From assembly GCA_041494275.1 (NCBI GenBank), contig JBGQAM010000001.1, positions 1 to 55,900 on the forward strand: 55,900 nucleotides of DNA. The letters run 5' to 3'. Positions 28,915 to 38,003 of this stretch are shown here, piece by piece (positions within the stretch are counted from its first letter, which is position 1; the number at the start of each line of letters is the position of its first letter). The notes below the pieces were generated by a model. The model worked only from the letters and a program-made list of their open reading frames with translations, was not told the DNA's origin and did not search any database. Origin of the DNA: Thermoplasmata archaeon (GTDB lineage Archaea; Thermoplasmatota; Thermoplasmata; UBA10834). Both the position numbers and the translations under genes were made by a program.

Positions 28915-29571
28915 ATGTCACCGAGGAAAGCCTACGAGACGGAACTCACGGAGCTGGATCGGCTCATGGAGAAGATGGCTACAAGGACGAGCGAAGCGAT
29001 AGAGTTGGCAGTGAGGTCGTTTGAGAAGCTCGACCTTGACCTCGCAGAGAAGGTGAAGAAGATAGACGAGGAGATGTACCTCCTCAACATCGAGATTGAG
29101 AAGCGTTGTCTGGAGGTCATTGCCCTCCAGTCGCCTGTTGCCAAGGACCTACGAACGATAGGAACATACCTGAAAGTGATCACTGACTTCGACAGGATAG
29201 GCCGATATGCCAGGGACATCGCGGAGGTCACCATCCACGCGCAGGCCATGGCGCACTTCAAACCGCTCGTGAGCATTCCGCACATGGCTGAGATGGCGGA
29301 ACGGATGGTCGATCTGTCCGTGGATGCATTTCTGAAGAGAGACACCTTGCCGACGAAAGAGGTCTTCGAACTGGAGGACAAGGTAGATTCGCTGTACGAC
29401 GAGATCTTCAGGGAGGTCATCACATACATGATGGAGGACTCCAAGAAGATCGGCCTGGGCATCAATTACACACTCGTGGCCAGGTATCTCGAGCGGATTG
29501 CTGACCATGCCTGCAATATCTCCGAGAGGGTGATATACATGGTCACAGGCCAGAGGGTGGTCAAGGAGTGA
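28915..29571 (+). CDS. phoU: Phosphate-specific transport system accessory protein PhoU
   Basis: Two PhoU repeats (DFDRIGRYARDIAE and ERIADHACNISE). The ATG at 28915 lies 1 nt after the pstB stop. Confidence 0.85.
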   Translation: MSPRKAYETELTELDRLMEKMATRTSEAIELAVRSFEKLDLDLAEKVKKIDEEMYLLNIEIEKRCLEVIALQSPVAKDLRTIGTYLKVITDFDRIGRYARDIAEVTIHAQAMAHFKPLVSIPHMAEMAERMVDLSVDAFLKRDTLPTKEVFELEDKVDSLYDEIFREVITYMMEDSKKIGLGINYTLVARYLERIADHACNISERVIYMVTGQRVVKE

Positions 29572-29646
29572 TTCGCCTGCCCGTAGTGGACGGGCGGCCG
29601 CGAGAAGACAAGAATCAGCGTCATCTAAGCCAAGGGGAGGATCACG

Positions 29647-30117
29647 ATGAAAGAGGAATTCAGACGCGAGCAAGTCCTTTTCGTCTGCACCCACAACTCA
29701 GCCAGATCCCAGATGGCAGAGGGCATACTCCGAGAACTCTACGGTGACCGTTTCGAGGCTCACAGCGCCGGCACGATACCGACTGCCGTGGATCCTCGCG
29801 CAATCAGCGCAATGGCCGAGGTCGGAATCGACATTTCGCACCACAGGTCTAAGAGCGTGAGCGAGTTCGATGGAAAGGATATCGACTACGTTGTGACGCT
29901 GTGCAGCGACGCAAAGGAAGTCTGTCCATTCTTTCCCGGTGCAAAGGAATACATTCACCGTGGGTTTGTCGACCCCGCCGACAAGTCGGAGCCAGAGGCC
30001 GTGGCAGCATTCAGGCAAGTGAGGGATGAGCTCAAGGACTGGATATCAAGGATTTTCGGCCAACAGAAGAAGGAAGGAGTCACCGGAGGAATGCATTTCG
30101 AACTCTCATCGGAATAG
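29647..30117 (+). CDS. arsC: Arsenate reductase, thioredoxin-coupled LMW-PTPase family
   Basis: The CTHNSARSQMAEG P-loop plus the downstream Cys pair in TLCSDAKEVCP, matching the Cys10/82/89 pattern of pI258-type ArsC. The SD GGGGAGGA lies upstream. Confidence 0.75.
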   Translation: MKEEFRREQVLFVCTHNSARSQMAEGILRELYGDRFEAHSAGTIPTAVDPRAISAMAEVGIDISHHRSKSVSEFDGKDIDYVVTLCSDAKEVCPFFPGAKEYIHRGFVDPADKSEPEAVAAFRQVRDELKDWISRIFGQQKKEGVTGGMHFELSSE

Positions 30118-30208
30118 GTCTGGCGTCCAATCAAAGGGAACAATCAGCTCTGCATTCACGTGAATTGCCAGTGGAATGTGCGAGGGCCCGGATTATGGCC
30201 AAGAATCT

Positions 30209-30292
30209 ACCGGCAGTTGATGTCTGAGGCGATACCTGCCGGTGTTAAATGAGAATAGAAAGAGAAGGGGTTTGACAGAGGCTAACTCTGTC
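30209..30292. terminator. Two perfect inverted repeats in the convergent arsC/protease intergenic region
   Basis: ACCGGCAG-19 nt-CTGCCGGT (30209-30243) and GACAGAG-gctaa-CTCTGTC (30274-30292). Their role in termination is not proven, because archaeal termination mainly uses T-tracts. Confidence 0.25.
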
Positions 30293-30317
30293 GCGTCACG
30301 GGCTAAGGAATCCTGCA

Positions 30318-31697
30318 TCAGATCTCAGGTACCTCGTCCAAGGCTGCATTTGCCTGGATCAATCCCGAACCAGTTGCGTTCGCTCCCCAAGAGTACTCGT
30401 ACCAACCCATTGTTGGGCTTAGGTCGAATATATCCATGGATCCAGCTGGTATGCCTAGCGCTGTGGCCTTCAGAATTGACTCGACATCTGCTTGGCCCAA
30501 CATCGGATTCTTCTCGAGCATTTGGGCGGCGACGCCTGTAACGTGTGGCGCGGCCATGCTCGTTCCGCCTAGATAGTAGAAGTTACCGGGGTTCCTGCCT
30601 GCGAGCCATCCAAGCCCCGAGCTCCACCATGGAAGGTGGGAGTAACCTGGAACTCCTGGATACGGTCCTCTGACCCAGCTTCCCGGAGCCACAACGTCAA
30701 GATACTGCCCCTCTAGTTGTCTGCTGCTCCATGACGTGATGTAGACTTGACTGGCCAGATCTGACTGATCCTCAGTTATGTCATTGTAGCCGTAGGTCGT
30801 GTCCTGGAGCCACCAGAGTCTGTAACGGGGTGGCGGCGGAACAGGGACATCGCCAGGTGCGTACCACTCGTACTGCCATCCGCAAGCGCCTACTGATATA
30901 ACCTGCTGGTAAGCGCCTGGGTAGCCCATGCCAGCGTCTCCCTCATTTCCTGCTGATGCCACAACGATTACGCCGTTGGATACTGCATAATCGATTGCAT
31001 CAGACATGACTGTCGAAGGAGATGGTCCCCCGAGGCTCATTGTGATGATCATCGGGCTGTAACCTGCTATCTTCAGGTCAGTAGCATATACTATGCCTGC
31101 TGCTACTGCGCGGTCCGTGCCCATGACGAACTTCTGGTCAGTGTAGTCGACTGGGTCGGTGTGCGACTTTCCGATCGTGTAGTCGGCCAAGACTCTGACG
31201 GGTATGATCGTCACGTCAGGAGCAATTCCTTTCACGAACACTGGCTTTAGTGGGAATCCCGCGGCGGCGTCGGCTGGCGCGTAGTAGTTGTAGCCGAGTA
31301 TCGTGCTAGTCACGTGTGTGCCGTGAGTAGAGCCAGTACTTCCGATCCAGCTTATCTCGTATACGGTGCCGCTCTCAACGAATTTCCCTGTAGCCTGGTC
31401 CCATACGATGTTCTCTTTGAAACCTTTGCCAAGGTCAGTCGCAATGTGATCCACAGGGAAGTAGTCCTTCCAGTTGGGCGCCAGTCCAGTGTCCAAGACT
31501 GCAACATACACGCCCTTTCCGGTGTATCCTGTGATATCGCTGTTTGTCATGTCGGCGTCCCATGTGCTACGGGCTTCCAGCGGAATTTTCGGAGCTGCGC
31601 TCACATGGAAGCTCGCCAATGGAACGATTAACACGATTGCACAGACAGCGACTAAAGCCAATCTTGCTAACCCTCGTTTTCCATTACCTTCTTTCAT
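30318..31697 (-). CDS. Secreted subtilisin-like serine protease (peptidase S8)
   Basis: Catalytic triad contexts VAVLDTGL, HGTHVTSTILG and GGTSMAAPHVTG. N-terminal signal peptide LALVAVCAIVLIVPLASF. The SD GGGGGAGG lies upstream. Confidence 0.9.
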   Translation of the reverse strand: MKEGNGKRGLARLALVAVCAIVLIVPLASFHVSAAPKIPLEARSTWDADMTNSDITGYTGKGVYVAVLDTGLAPNWKDYFPVDHIATDLGKGFKENIVWDQATGKFVESGTVYEISWIGSTGSTHGTHVTSTILGYNYYAPADAAAGFPLKPVFVKGIAPDVTIIPVRVLADYTIGKSHTDPVDYTDQKFVMGTDRAVAAGIVYATDLKIAGYSPMIITMSLGGPSPSTVMSDAIDYAVSNGVIVVASAGNEGDAGMGYPGAYQQVISVGACGWQYEWYAPGDVPVPPPPRYRLWWLQDTTYGYNDITEDQSDLASQVYITSWSSRQLEGQYLDVVAPGSWVRGPYPGVPGYSHLPWWSSGLGWLAGRNPGNFYYLGGTSMAAPHVTGVAAQMLEKNPMLGQADVESILKATALGIPAGSMDIFDLSPTMGWYEYSWGANATGSGLIQANAALDEVPEI

Positions 31698-31728
31698 AAT
31701 CCTCCCCCTTTAGCTGGGTCAGTCATCT

Positions 31729-31753
31729 GAATTAGCGTATTTAAGAATTAGCG
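31729..31753 (-). promoter_or_regulatory. Protease promoter: TATA core CTTAAATA flanked by a 9-nt direct repeat (CGCTAATTC on the minus strand)
   Basis: The forward strand reads GAATTAGCG-tatttaa-GAATTAGCG, 32-56 nt upstream of ATG 31697. Confidence 0.5.
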
Positions 31754-31807
31754 CTTACTGACCAGGGTGGTAGTGAGGCAACAACGCATTGAATTCTGCC
31801 CGGGGAA

Positions 31808-32464
31808 TCAGAGGGACACGATAAGCTCGACCTGATCGCTGTCCTTGAGTCCGAGCGAGCGCCTCAAATGGTACTTGCAGATGACCTCGATGATGTCCGT
31901 GTGGTGAGACCTCACGGGCAGCACGACTGCGCACTCCATGTTGTGGATCGTCGCGAGGAAACACTTCACATCTCCGAAGGTCCTGCCCTCCTTCTCGAAT
32001 CCCTTTATCAGGATCCCCTCGGATTTTCGAAGGATATCAAGCTTGGGCAGCTCCGGATCGGCAAGTCTCAGGTTCAGAGTCCCCTCGAAGGGCTTGAACC
32101 AAAGCTTCTTCTGGAACTGGTCGGCGTAGACCTCCTGGTTGACGTAGTATTGCCCTTCCCCGAGACCAGAAGTAACGGTCCCGATGATAACGAGGTGGTC
32201 CTTCATCTCGAATATGCGCTGATAATCCGAATACTCTTTTCTGAGAAGTTCGAAGCCCTTGTCGGTGAGCTTGATCCTCTGCCTCCTAGCGCCGAGGTCT
32301 CGCTCGATGAGGCCGTCACCAAGCAACTCGAGTATCTTCTTGGAGGCAGACTGTTGGCTGATCTCGAGAACGTTTCCGAGCTCCCTCGATGAGATGGCGA
32401 TGTAGTCGTGCACTCCGCCCATCAGGGCTATGTGTTTCAGAGTCGCGATTTGCTTCTCATGCAT
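31808..32464 (-). CDS. ribK: CTP-dependent archaeal riboflavin kinase fused to an N-terminal winged-HTH domain (RbkR-like)
   Basis: The N-terminal ~80 aa are MarR-like (ISSRELGNVLEISQQSASKKILELLGDGLIER). The C-terminal part has GTVTSGLGEGQYYV and FEGTLNLRL, typical of archaeal RibK. Confidence 0.8.
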   Translation of the reverse strand: MHEKQIATLKHIALMGGVHDYIAISSRELGNVLEISQQSASKKILELLGDGLIERDLGARRQRIKLTDKGFELLRKEYSDYQRIFEMKDHLVIIGTVTSGLGEGQYYVNQEVYADQFQKKLWFKPFEGTLNLRLADPELPKLDILRKSEGILIKGFEKEGRTFGDVKCFLATIHNMECAVVLPVRSHHTDIIEVICKYHLRRSLGLKDSDQVELIVSL

Positions 32465-32516
32465 GGTACGGCTCGGATGAGCAAGGCATCATAATAGCTT
32501 TTCGTCGGCGACATTG

Positions 32517-32840
32517 CTAGCAATCGTCGGCGACTAGATATCGTTCACTCCGCAACCTAACAACTGGAACACGCCTTTCTTTGAGCCTTTGTATGAGTTC
32601 TCTATCGTTGGTAACGACGGCTGCGGACCGCTGAAGCGCAATCTCGATCACAGCATCATCGCCCCTGAACTCTGTCTCAACGATCCGATAGTTCCTCGCC
32701 AACGCGAGGGCAGCCTTGCCGTTCTTGTCTGTCGTGTTTGCCAACTCGCCAAGGACTGAACTCGGAACGAAAATAGGTATGTCACCGAACAAACGTTTGA
32801 GCTCATGATCCAGGTTCAGCTTGAACTGGAACGGCATCAA
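32517..32840 (-). CDS. PIN-domain protein (conserved aIF2gamma-linked PIN). The true N-terminus is probably upstream of the annotated TTG/ATG.
   Basis: VVTNDRELIQRLKERRVPVVRL is a PIN C-terminal motif. The in-frame upstream codons read AIVLDANALL, the PIN N-terminal acidic motif, but no canonical start precedes them. Confidence 0.65.
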   Translation of the reverse strand: MMPFQFKLNLDHELKRLFGDIPIFVPSSVLGELANTTDKNGKAALALARNYRIVETEFRGDDAVIEIALQRSAAVVTNDRELIQRLKERRVPVVRLRSERYLVADDC

Positions 32841-32888
32841 AAGGGCATTCGCATCGAGAACGATAGCTTGCGGCAGGGCATCACACGC

Positions 32889-34121
32889 CTACTTCACTAT
32901 GCCGTAGCCAATAAGACGCCACTTGCCTGATATTCGTCTCGATATGGCTATTCTCTGGTTCTTCTCGACACAGACGGGGATCTTCAGACTCACTTCGGCG
33001 GAATCTGACCTACCGCTGGTTACCACTCCCACAGTCGTCGCAGTCCCGACGCTGAGCATCAGGGGCTCATTCGTCTTGAGATTGTCGACGGCAAGCTCAG
33101 ACGATACTCCGACCACTCTCTTCATGAGCTCGGTCCTGAACGTCAGCTCGCTGAGCACAGGTGGAAGCGATCCTGGATCTCCGGCAATCCGCCCGACCAA
33201 GGAATCGGATTTTGTAAGAGATGGGTCAAGGCCAGTTCCTATGGCAATCAGACCGCCCGGACCAGCAACATCAAGAGCTAGGCCGCCTGCGTAGAGCGAC
33301 CTGACTTTAGTCGTGATGCTCTCCCAACTACTCTTGCTGCCGACCTCGACCTTTCTTCCCGGCAAGATCTCCACTTCGTCACCGATCTTTAGCTTGCCCT
33401 GTGTCAGAGATCCTCCAATCACTCCACCCTTGAGACTGGCAAGCTTCGTCCCGGGAACGTTGACGTCGAATGACCTGGCGATGTACATCTTGGCGGGTTT
33501 CGACTTGTCCCACTTCGGGGTCGGGATCTTCTTCTCGATGGCCTCGATTAGCATGTCTATGTTCACGTCGTGGTGAGCGGAGATAGGAATGATCGGGGCC
33601 TTCTCTGCTATCGTCCCCTTGATGAAGGTTAGGATCTCAGCATAGTTCTTCTTGGCCTCCTCCTTGGAGACTATATCGATCTTGTTCTGGACGACTATTA
33701 TCTTGTCTACTCCAATAATAGACAGAGCCATCAGGTGCTCCCTCGTCTGCGGCTGAGGACACTCCTCATTCGCTGCCACGAGCAGCAGCGCCCCGTTCAT
33801 TATCGCTGCGCCCGAAAGCATCGTAGCCATCAATGTCTCATGGCCAGGGGCGTCAACGAAGGAGACGGATCTGAGGAGCTCGCACTCGCCTTTGCAGTTC
33901 GGGCAAGTCGGCTGGTTGGAATAGCATTCTGGCCCTTCGCAGTTCTTGCACTTGTAGAAAGCGACATCAGCGTAGCCAAGGCGAATCGAGATGCCCCTCT
34001 TGACCTCTTCGGAGTGCCTATCGGTCCACTCGCCCGTCAGAGCTTTCGTCAGCATGGTCTTGCCATGGTCCACGTGGCCGATCATGCCGATGTTGGTCTC
34101 TGGCTGGCTAGGAACCTTCAT
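32889..34121 (-). CDS. eif2g: Translation initiation factor aIF2 gamma subunit
   Basis: G1 motif [16 protein letters not shown] and zinc ribbon CKNCEGPEC...CPNCKG. 410 aa. The start overlaps the S6e stop (TAATG). Confidence 0.92.
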   Translation of the reverse strand: MKVPSQPETNIGMIGHVDHGKTMLTKALTGEWTDRHSEEVKRGISIRLGYADVAFYKCKNCEGPECYSNQPTCPNCKGECELLRSVSFVDAPGHETLMATMLSGAAIMNGALLLVAANEECPQPQTREHLMALSIIGVDKIIVVQNKIDIVSKEEAKKNYAEILTFIKGTIAEKAPIIPISAHHDVNIDMLIEAIEKKIPTPKWDKSKPAKMYIARSFDVNVPGTKLASLKGGVIGGSLTQGKLKIGDEVEILPGRKVEVGSKSSWESITTKVRSLYAGGLALDVAGPGGLIAIGTGLDPSLTKSDSLVGRIAGDPGSLPPVLSELTFRTELMKRVVGVSSELAVDNLKTNEPLMLSVGTATTVGVVTSGRSDSAEVSLKIPVCVEKNQRIAISRRISGKWRLIGYGIVK

Positions 34122-34516
34122 TACTGCTTCTTCTCCTCTTTCTTCAAAAGTTCGGAAGCCGGCTTCATGCCGTGTTGCGTGATCTTCATGTTGATCTGCA
34201 GGGTGTCTGGAGCTATCGTATTGCCCCGTACGTTCTTCCGCCGCCTCAGCCCGTTCTTCTTGGAGTTGAAGCCGATGCTCTTGGAGATCAGGAGCTTCTT
34301 CCTTCTCGGGCCTGGCAAGTCCTTTCTCATCGGGAACCCGTCCTTGTCGCTCCCGCCAGTGATCTCTAGCTTGAAGCCTGGCAAGCCGACGAAGATGCCG
34401 TCTACCACGTCGCCTATCTTCTTGCCGATTAGCGAGTTAGCGTGATGACCTGCGACTGGCGTCTGATATGACTTCCCATCTTTGGGATCGCTTATTACAG
34501 CTCTGAACTCCGCCAA
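34121..34516 (-). CDS. rps6e: 30S ribosomal protein S6e
   Basis: [16 protein letters not shown]... and [11 protein letters not shown] motifs. TTG at 34516 (giving MAEFR) is preferred, with GGAG 9 nt upstream. The track start is GTG 34525. Confidence 0.88.
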   Translation of the reverse strand: MAEFRAVISDPKDGKSYQTPVAGHHANSLIGKKIGDVVDGIFVGLPGFKLEITGGSDKDGFPMRKDLPGPRRKKLLISKSIGFNSKKNGLRRRKNVRGNTIAPDTLQINMKITQHGMKPASELLKKEEKKQ

Positions 34517-34680
34517 ACAATCCACTCCGGTGTGTACGACGCCCTAATGCGAAAGGAGTTATATAGGTTTCGGACACGGAAATGGAGTACTGGTATGTCG
34601 ATTCGGAGACCACAGGAATCGTGTACGTCGCTATGATTATGGTCGTCGAAAAGACTTCCAATGACAGGTAGGGAGAGGCG

Positions 34681-35001
34681 ATGAAGAAGATCACGCGAGA
34701 ATACCTGAAGAACATGATGGACACCGACGTCGACTTCGTCCTCATAGACGCGCGCGGACACGAAGCGTACGCCAAGGAGCATCTACCCCGAGCCATTTCG
34801 ATCCCATCCGACCACCTTGGTGAACACTTGCTCAGAAAGCACAAGAAGAATACGACTTTCGTGACCTATTGCTCAAGTTTCGAATGCGAAGCGAGCACGA
34901 TAGCCGCCCAGAAGCTGGACAAGTACGGTTTCAAAAACGTGCTCGAATTCAAAGGCGGGCTGGAGGACTGGAAGAAGGCCGGGTATCCGACGGAGAAGTG
35001 A
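34681..35001 (+). CDS. Single-domain rhodanese-like protein
   Basis: 106 aa with FVLIDARGHEAYAKEHLPRAISIP and the active-site-loop Cys in YCSSFECEAS. The SD GGGAGAGG lies upstream. Confidence 0.65.
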   Translation: MKKITREYLKNMMDTDVDFVLIDARGHEAYAKEHLPRAISIPSDHLGEHLLRKHKKNTTFVTYCSSFECEASTIAAQKLDKYGFKNVLEFKGGLEDWKKAGYPTEK

Positions 35002-35002
35002 T

Positions 35003-36757
35003 TCATCTTCCCCAGAACGGCTTCTCCTTCCGTTTTATCACGGCGAGCTGCTCGAGGACCTCGATCTCGTCTTGCTTCAGGGCGTAATTGGCAAGCTCGT
35101 GCGCATGGCTCTCCGGGATGTCGACCATCAGTATGTCTTCGGCGTCTATCTGCCTTCCCACAATCGCGTCATCGATCGATATCGCGACTTCGGCGCCCGC
35201 AATCGCCTCCTTGAGCGATTCCTCGCCGCTGCGTATGCTCTTGATCTTGCCGACTTCCTTTCCATCCTGCCTTATCAAGCCTTGACCAGGACGGATCCGG
35301 CCAGCAAGGACTCTGACACCAACGATTGCTGGCTTGCTCACCCTGAATATGTGGTCCCTCATTATCACGATCTTGCCAGGGAAAACTACCTCGAGCCTCT
35401 GCTCAACCTCGACCTCTTTCGTCCGCTCCTTGCACCAGGTCCTGTAGTCCTCCAGCAATCGGTACATTACATCGTTCTCGAATATCTTGATGCTGGAGGA
35501 GATGGCCTCGGACTTCGCATCTTCATTTATATCAACGTTGAACGCAAAGATGGCTCTGTGCAGAGGATCAGAGAAGTGCGATGCCTCGACGACGTCCTTC
35601 CGAGTCACATTGCCAATATCGATCTTCCTGATTGGAAGGTCGTCCTGCTTGGCCTCGAACGCAAAAGCCTCGAGGGACCCGATTGCATCACCTCTGACGA
35701 TGATGCCTTCTCCAGCAAGCTCTACCTTGATCTGGCTCTCCTTGCGGATTTCATCCTTGAGCTCTTCGAGGTTCCCATCGACGACCCTGATAGTGCCGCC
35801 GGCCATCGCAGTCTCCAAGCCCTGAGCGATGATACGTATGCCAGCAGCGGCGGAAACCTCCTTGGCGCGTTCGAACCGCTGGGTAGGATCGCGTATCTCG
35901 TCCAAAGGCCGCGGCCGCTGAAGCCCCTTGATCTTTGCGACTATCGGCTCGTCCTTGACCGAAGAGACGACTATCTGGTCTCCGACCTTGACGGTCCCGC
36001 GGTAGATGATAGAGTCGATGGCAGTGCCTATCCCCCTCTCTTCCTTCACCTCGAGGACTGTCCCCTCGCCCGGTCCATCTTCGGTCCTAAGGTCTTCTCC
36101 AAGGAATCTCTGCGCTAGTCCGACGAGCATGAGAAGAAGATCGGGAAGACCTTCGCCGTACTTGCCACTGATCGGCACCATGGCGACCGTCTTCGTGAAG
36201 TCCGTGATCTTGTCGAAACGGTCTGCGCTGAGACCGCACTTGTCGAATATCTTGCCCGAGAGGTTGTAGATCTTCTCCTCCAATTCCGCGGCGACCCTCG
36301 GGTCCTGAGCGGAGACAGCCTCGCTGAATGTCTTCCACTTCTCGTGTCTCCAGCCGGGTATGAGGTCTATCTTGTTTGCTGCTATCAAGAACGGTGTTCT
36401 GAACTTCTTCAGTATGTTTATCGACTCGATTGTCTGCGGTTTCAGACCCTCGTTGATATCGATTACGAGAACGGCGAGGTCTGCCAAAGCACCGCCTCTG
36501 GTCCTCAAAGTTACGAACGAGTAGTGTCCAGGAGTATCTATGAAGAGCAGGCCGGGGACGGAGAACTTATGATCGCCAATCAGCGGACCGCAGAGCTTGT
36601 AGATTGTCTCGATGGGAACATCGGTGGCTCCGATATGCTGGGTTATTCCCCCCGCCTCACGGCTGACGACCTCGGTGCCCCTGATCATGTCCAATATCGT
36701 CGACTTGCCGTGATCGACGTGACCCATCACAGAGACTATCGGATGCCGGATGGCCAT
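35003..36757 (-). CDS. infB: Translation initiation factor aIF5B (IF2 homolog)
   Basis: RHPIVSVMGHVDHGKSTILD, DTPGH and NKID motifs. About 584 aa with no intein-sized insertion. The ATG at 36757 is preferred over TTG 36769. Confidence 0.9.
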   Translation of the reverse strand: MAIRHPIVSVMGHVDHGKSTILDMIRGTEVVSREAGGITQHIGATDVPIETIYKLCGPLIGDHKFSVPGLLFIDTPGHYSFVTLRTRGGALADLAVLVIDINEGLKPQTIESINILKKFRTPFLIAANKIDLIPGWRHEKWKTFSEAVSAQDPRVAAELEEKIYNLSGKIFDKCGLSADRFDKITDFTKTVAMVPISGKYGEGLPDLLLMLVGLAQRFLGEDLRTEDGPGEGTVLEVKEERGIGTAIDSIIYRGTVKVGDQIVVSSVKDEPIVAKIKGLQRPRPLDEIRDPTQRFERAKEVSAAAGIRIIAQGLETAMAGGTIRVVDGNLEELKDEIRKESQIKVELAGEGIIVRGDAIGSLEAFAFEAKQDDLPIRKIDIGNVTRKDVVEASHFSDPLHRAIFAFNVDINEDAKSEAISSSIKIFENDVMYRLLEDYRTWCKERTKEVEVEQRLEVVFPGKIVIMRDHIFRVSKPAIVGVRVLAGRIRPGQGLIRQDGKEVGKIKSIRSGEESLKEAIAGAEVAISIDDAIVGRQIDAEDILMVDIPESHAHELANYALKQDEIEVLEQLAVIKRKEKPFWGR

Positions 36758-36846
36758 ACATCTCACCAATGGTCATACGTTATATCAAGTTAACCGCGCA
36801 GATGAGAGTGATACGCAAACGAATCGAAGGGGTTTCGCAGCGCGGG

Positions 36847-37302
36847 TCACTTCTCGAAAAGCCAGGCCTCGTCGGCTTTCTCGTACTTCTGGATCTCGTA
36901 GTCGTTGAAGAACAGCTTGATCTCGCGCTTCGCGCTCTCGGACGAATCAGAGCCATGCACGATGTTCCTTCCCGTGACTTGGGAGAAATCACCTCTGATC
37001 GTCCCCGGAGTCGCATCCTGGGGGTTCGTCTTGCCCATCATAGCCCTCACTGCTGCGACCGCGTTCTCTCCCTCGAGAACCATGCACAGGACGGGCCCCG
37101 AGGTTATGTACGAGAGCAGAGGCTCGTAGAATCCTTTGCCCTTGTGCTCCTCGTAATGCCTCTCCGCCAGCTCCTTTGGGATCTTCATCATCTTCATGGC
37201 GGTGATCTTGAGTCCCCTATCCTCGAACCTATGCACGATCCTGCCGACAAGTCCTCTCTGGACCCCGTCTGGCTTGACCATCGCAAATGTCTTCTCGATC
37301 AT
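36847..37302 (-). CDS. ndk: Nucleoside diphosphate kinase
   Basis: [18 protein letters not shown] and NIVHGSDS (active-site His). The start overlaps the L24e stop (ATGA). Confidence 0.92.
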   Translation of the reverse strand: MIEKTFAMVKPDGVQRGLVGRIVHRFEDRGLKITAMKMMKIPKELAERHYEEHKGKGFYEPLLSYITSGPVLCMVLEGENAVAAVRAMMGKTNPQDATPGTIRGDFSQVTGRNIVHGSDSSESAKREIKLFFNDYEIQKYEKADEAWLFEK

Positions 37303-37754
37303 GACTTGCCACCTTCAGCCGCCTTGTCCTTCTGCTCCGATTTCGGCTTCTCCGTCTTTGCGGCGTCAGGCTTCTTAGCGAGGACCTTCTTGGCAGGCTC
37401 TTTCGGGGCCTGCTTCTTCCCCTCGGTCTTCGGCTTCTCCTCTTTCGCGGGTGCCTTGGTCTCTTCTTTCTTCGGCTCGGGCTTCTTCTCTTCCTTTGCC
37501 TCCGACTTCTTGACCTTTCGAGCCTTCGGCGCTTCTGCTGGTGCTTCTGGCTCACCCTTCATCCTAATCTGCTTCTCCCGTGCGTAGTACTGGGTCCAGG
37601 TGGTCCTTCTCGGAAGACGACCCAGAACAACCATGTTCTTGAAACACTTGGAAGTGCAGAAGTTGTAGACGACCCCGTCCTTCTTGATGTACATCCTGCC
37701 CGTCCCCGGCTCGATCTCGTCACCGCAGAACGTGCACACTCTTCGCTCGACCAT
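37299..37754 (-). CDS. rpl24e: 50S ribosomal protein L24e with an ~85-aa K/E/P/A-rich C-terminal extension
   Basis: Zinc-ribbon core [27 protein letters not shown] in the first ~60 aa. It is followed by a low-complexity tail that runs to the stop overlapping ndk. Confidence 0.85.
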   Translation of the reverse strand: MVERRVCTFCGDEIEPGTGRMYIKKDGVVYNFCTSKCFKNMVVLGRLPRRTTWTQYYAREKQIRMKGEPEAPAEAPKARKVKKSEAKEEKKPEPKKEETKAPAKEEKPKTEGKKQAPKEPAKKVLAKKPDAAKTEKPKSEQKDKAAEGGKS

Positions 37755-37780
37755 CGGATATCACCCTTGATGCAGGACGC

Positions 37781-37993
37781 TCAGCGAACGCTGAGCTTCC
37801 TCGCCTCTCTTGAGGTCTCCTTCAGCATCAACACGTCGCCGACCCTTATGGGACCCATAGCGTTCCGAGTGATGATACGGCCCTTGTCTCTGCCGTCCAT
37901 TACCCTGACCTTCACCTGAGTCGCCTCGCCTGTCATGCCCGTCCGGCCGATGACCTCGACGACCGTTGATGGTATGCTATCGTCTTCTGGCAT
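37781..37993 (-). CDS. rps28e: 30S ribosomal protein S28e
   Basis: 70 aa with [39 protein letters not shown]. Confidence 0.92.
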   Translation of the reverse strand: MPEDDSIPSTVVEVIGRTGMTGEATQVKVRVMDGRDKGRIITRNAMGPIRVGDVLMLKETSREARKLSVR

Positions 37994-38003
37994 TCTAGGT
38001 CAC

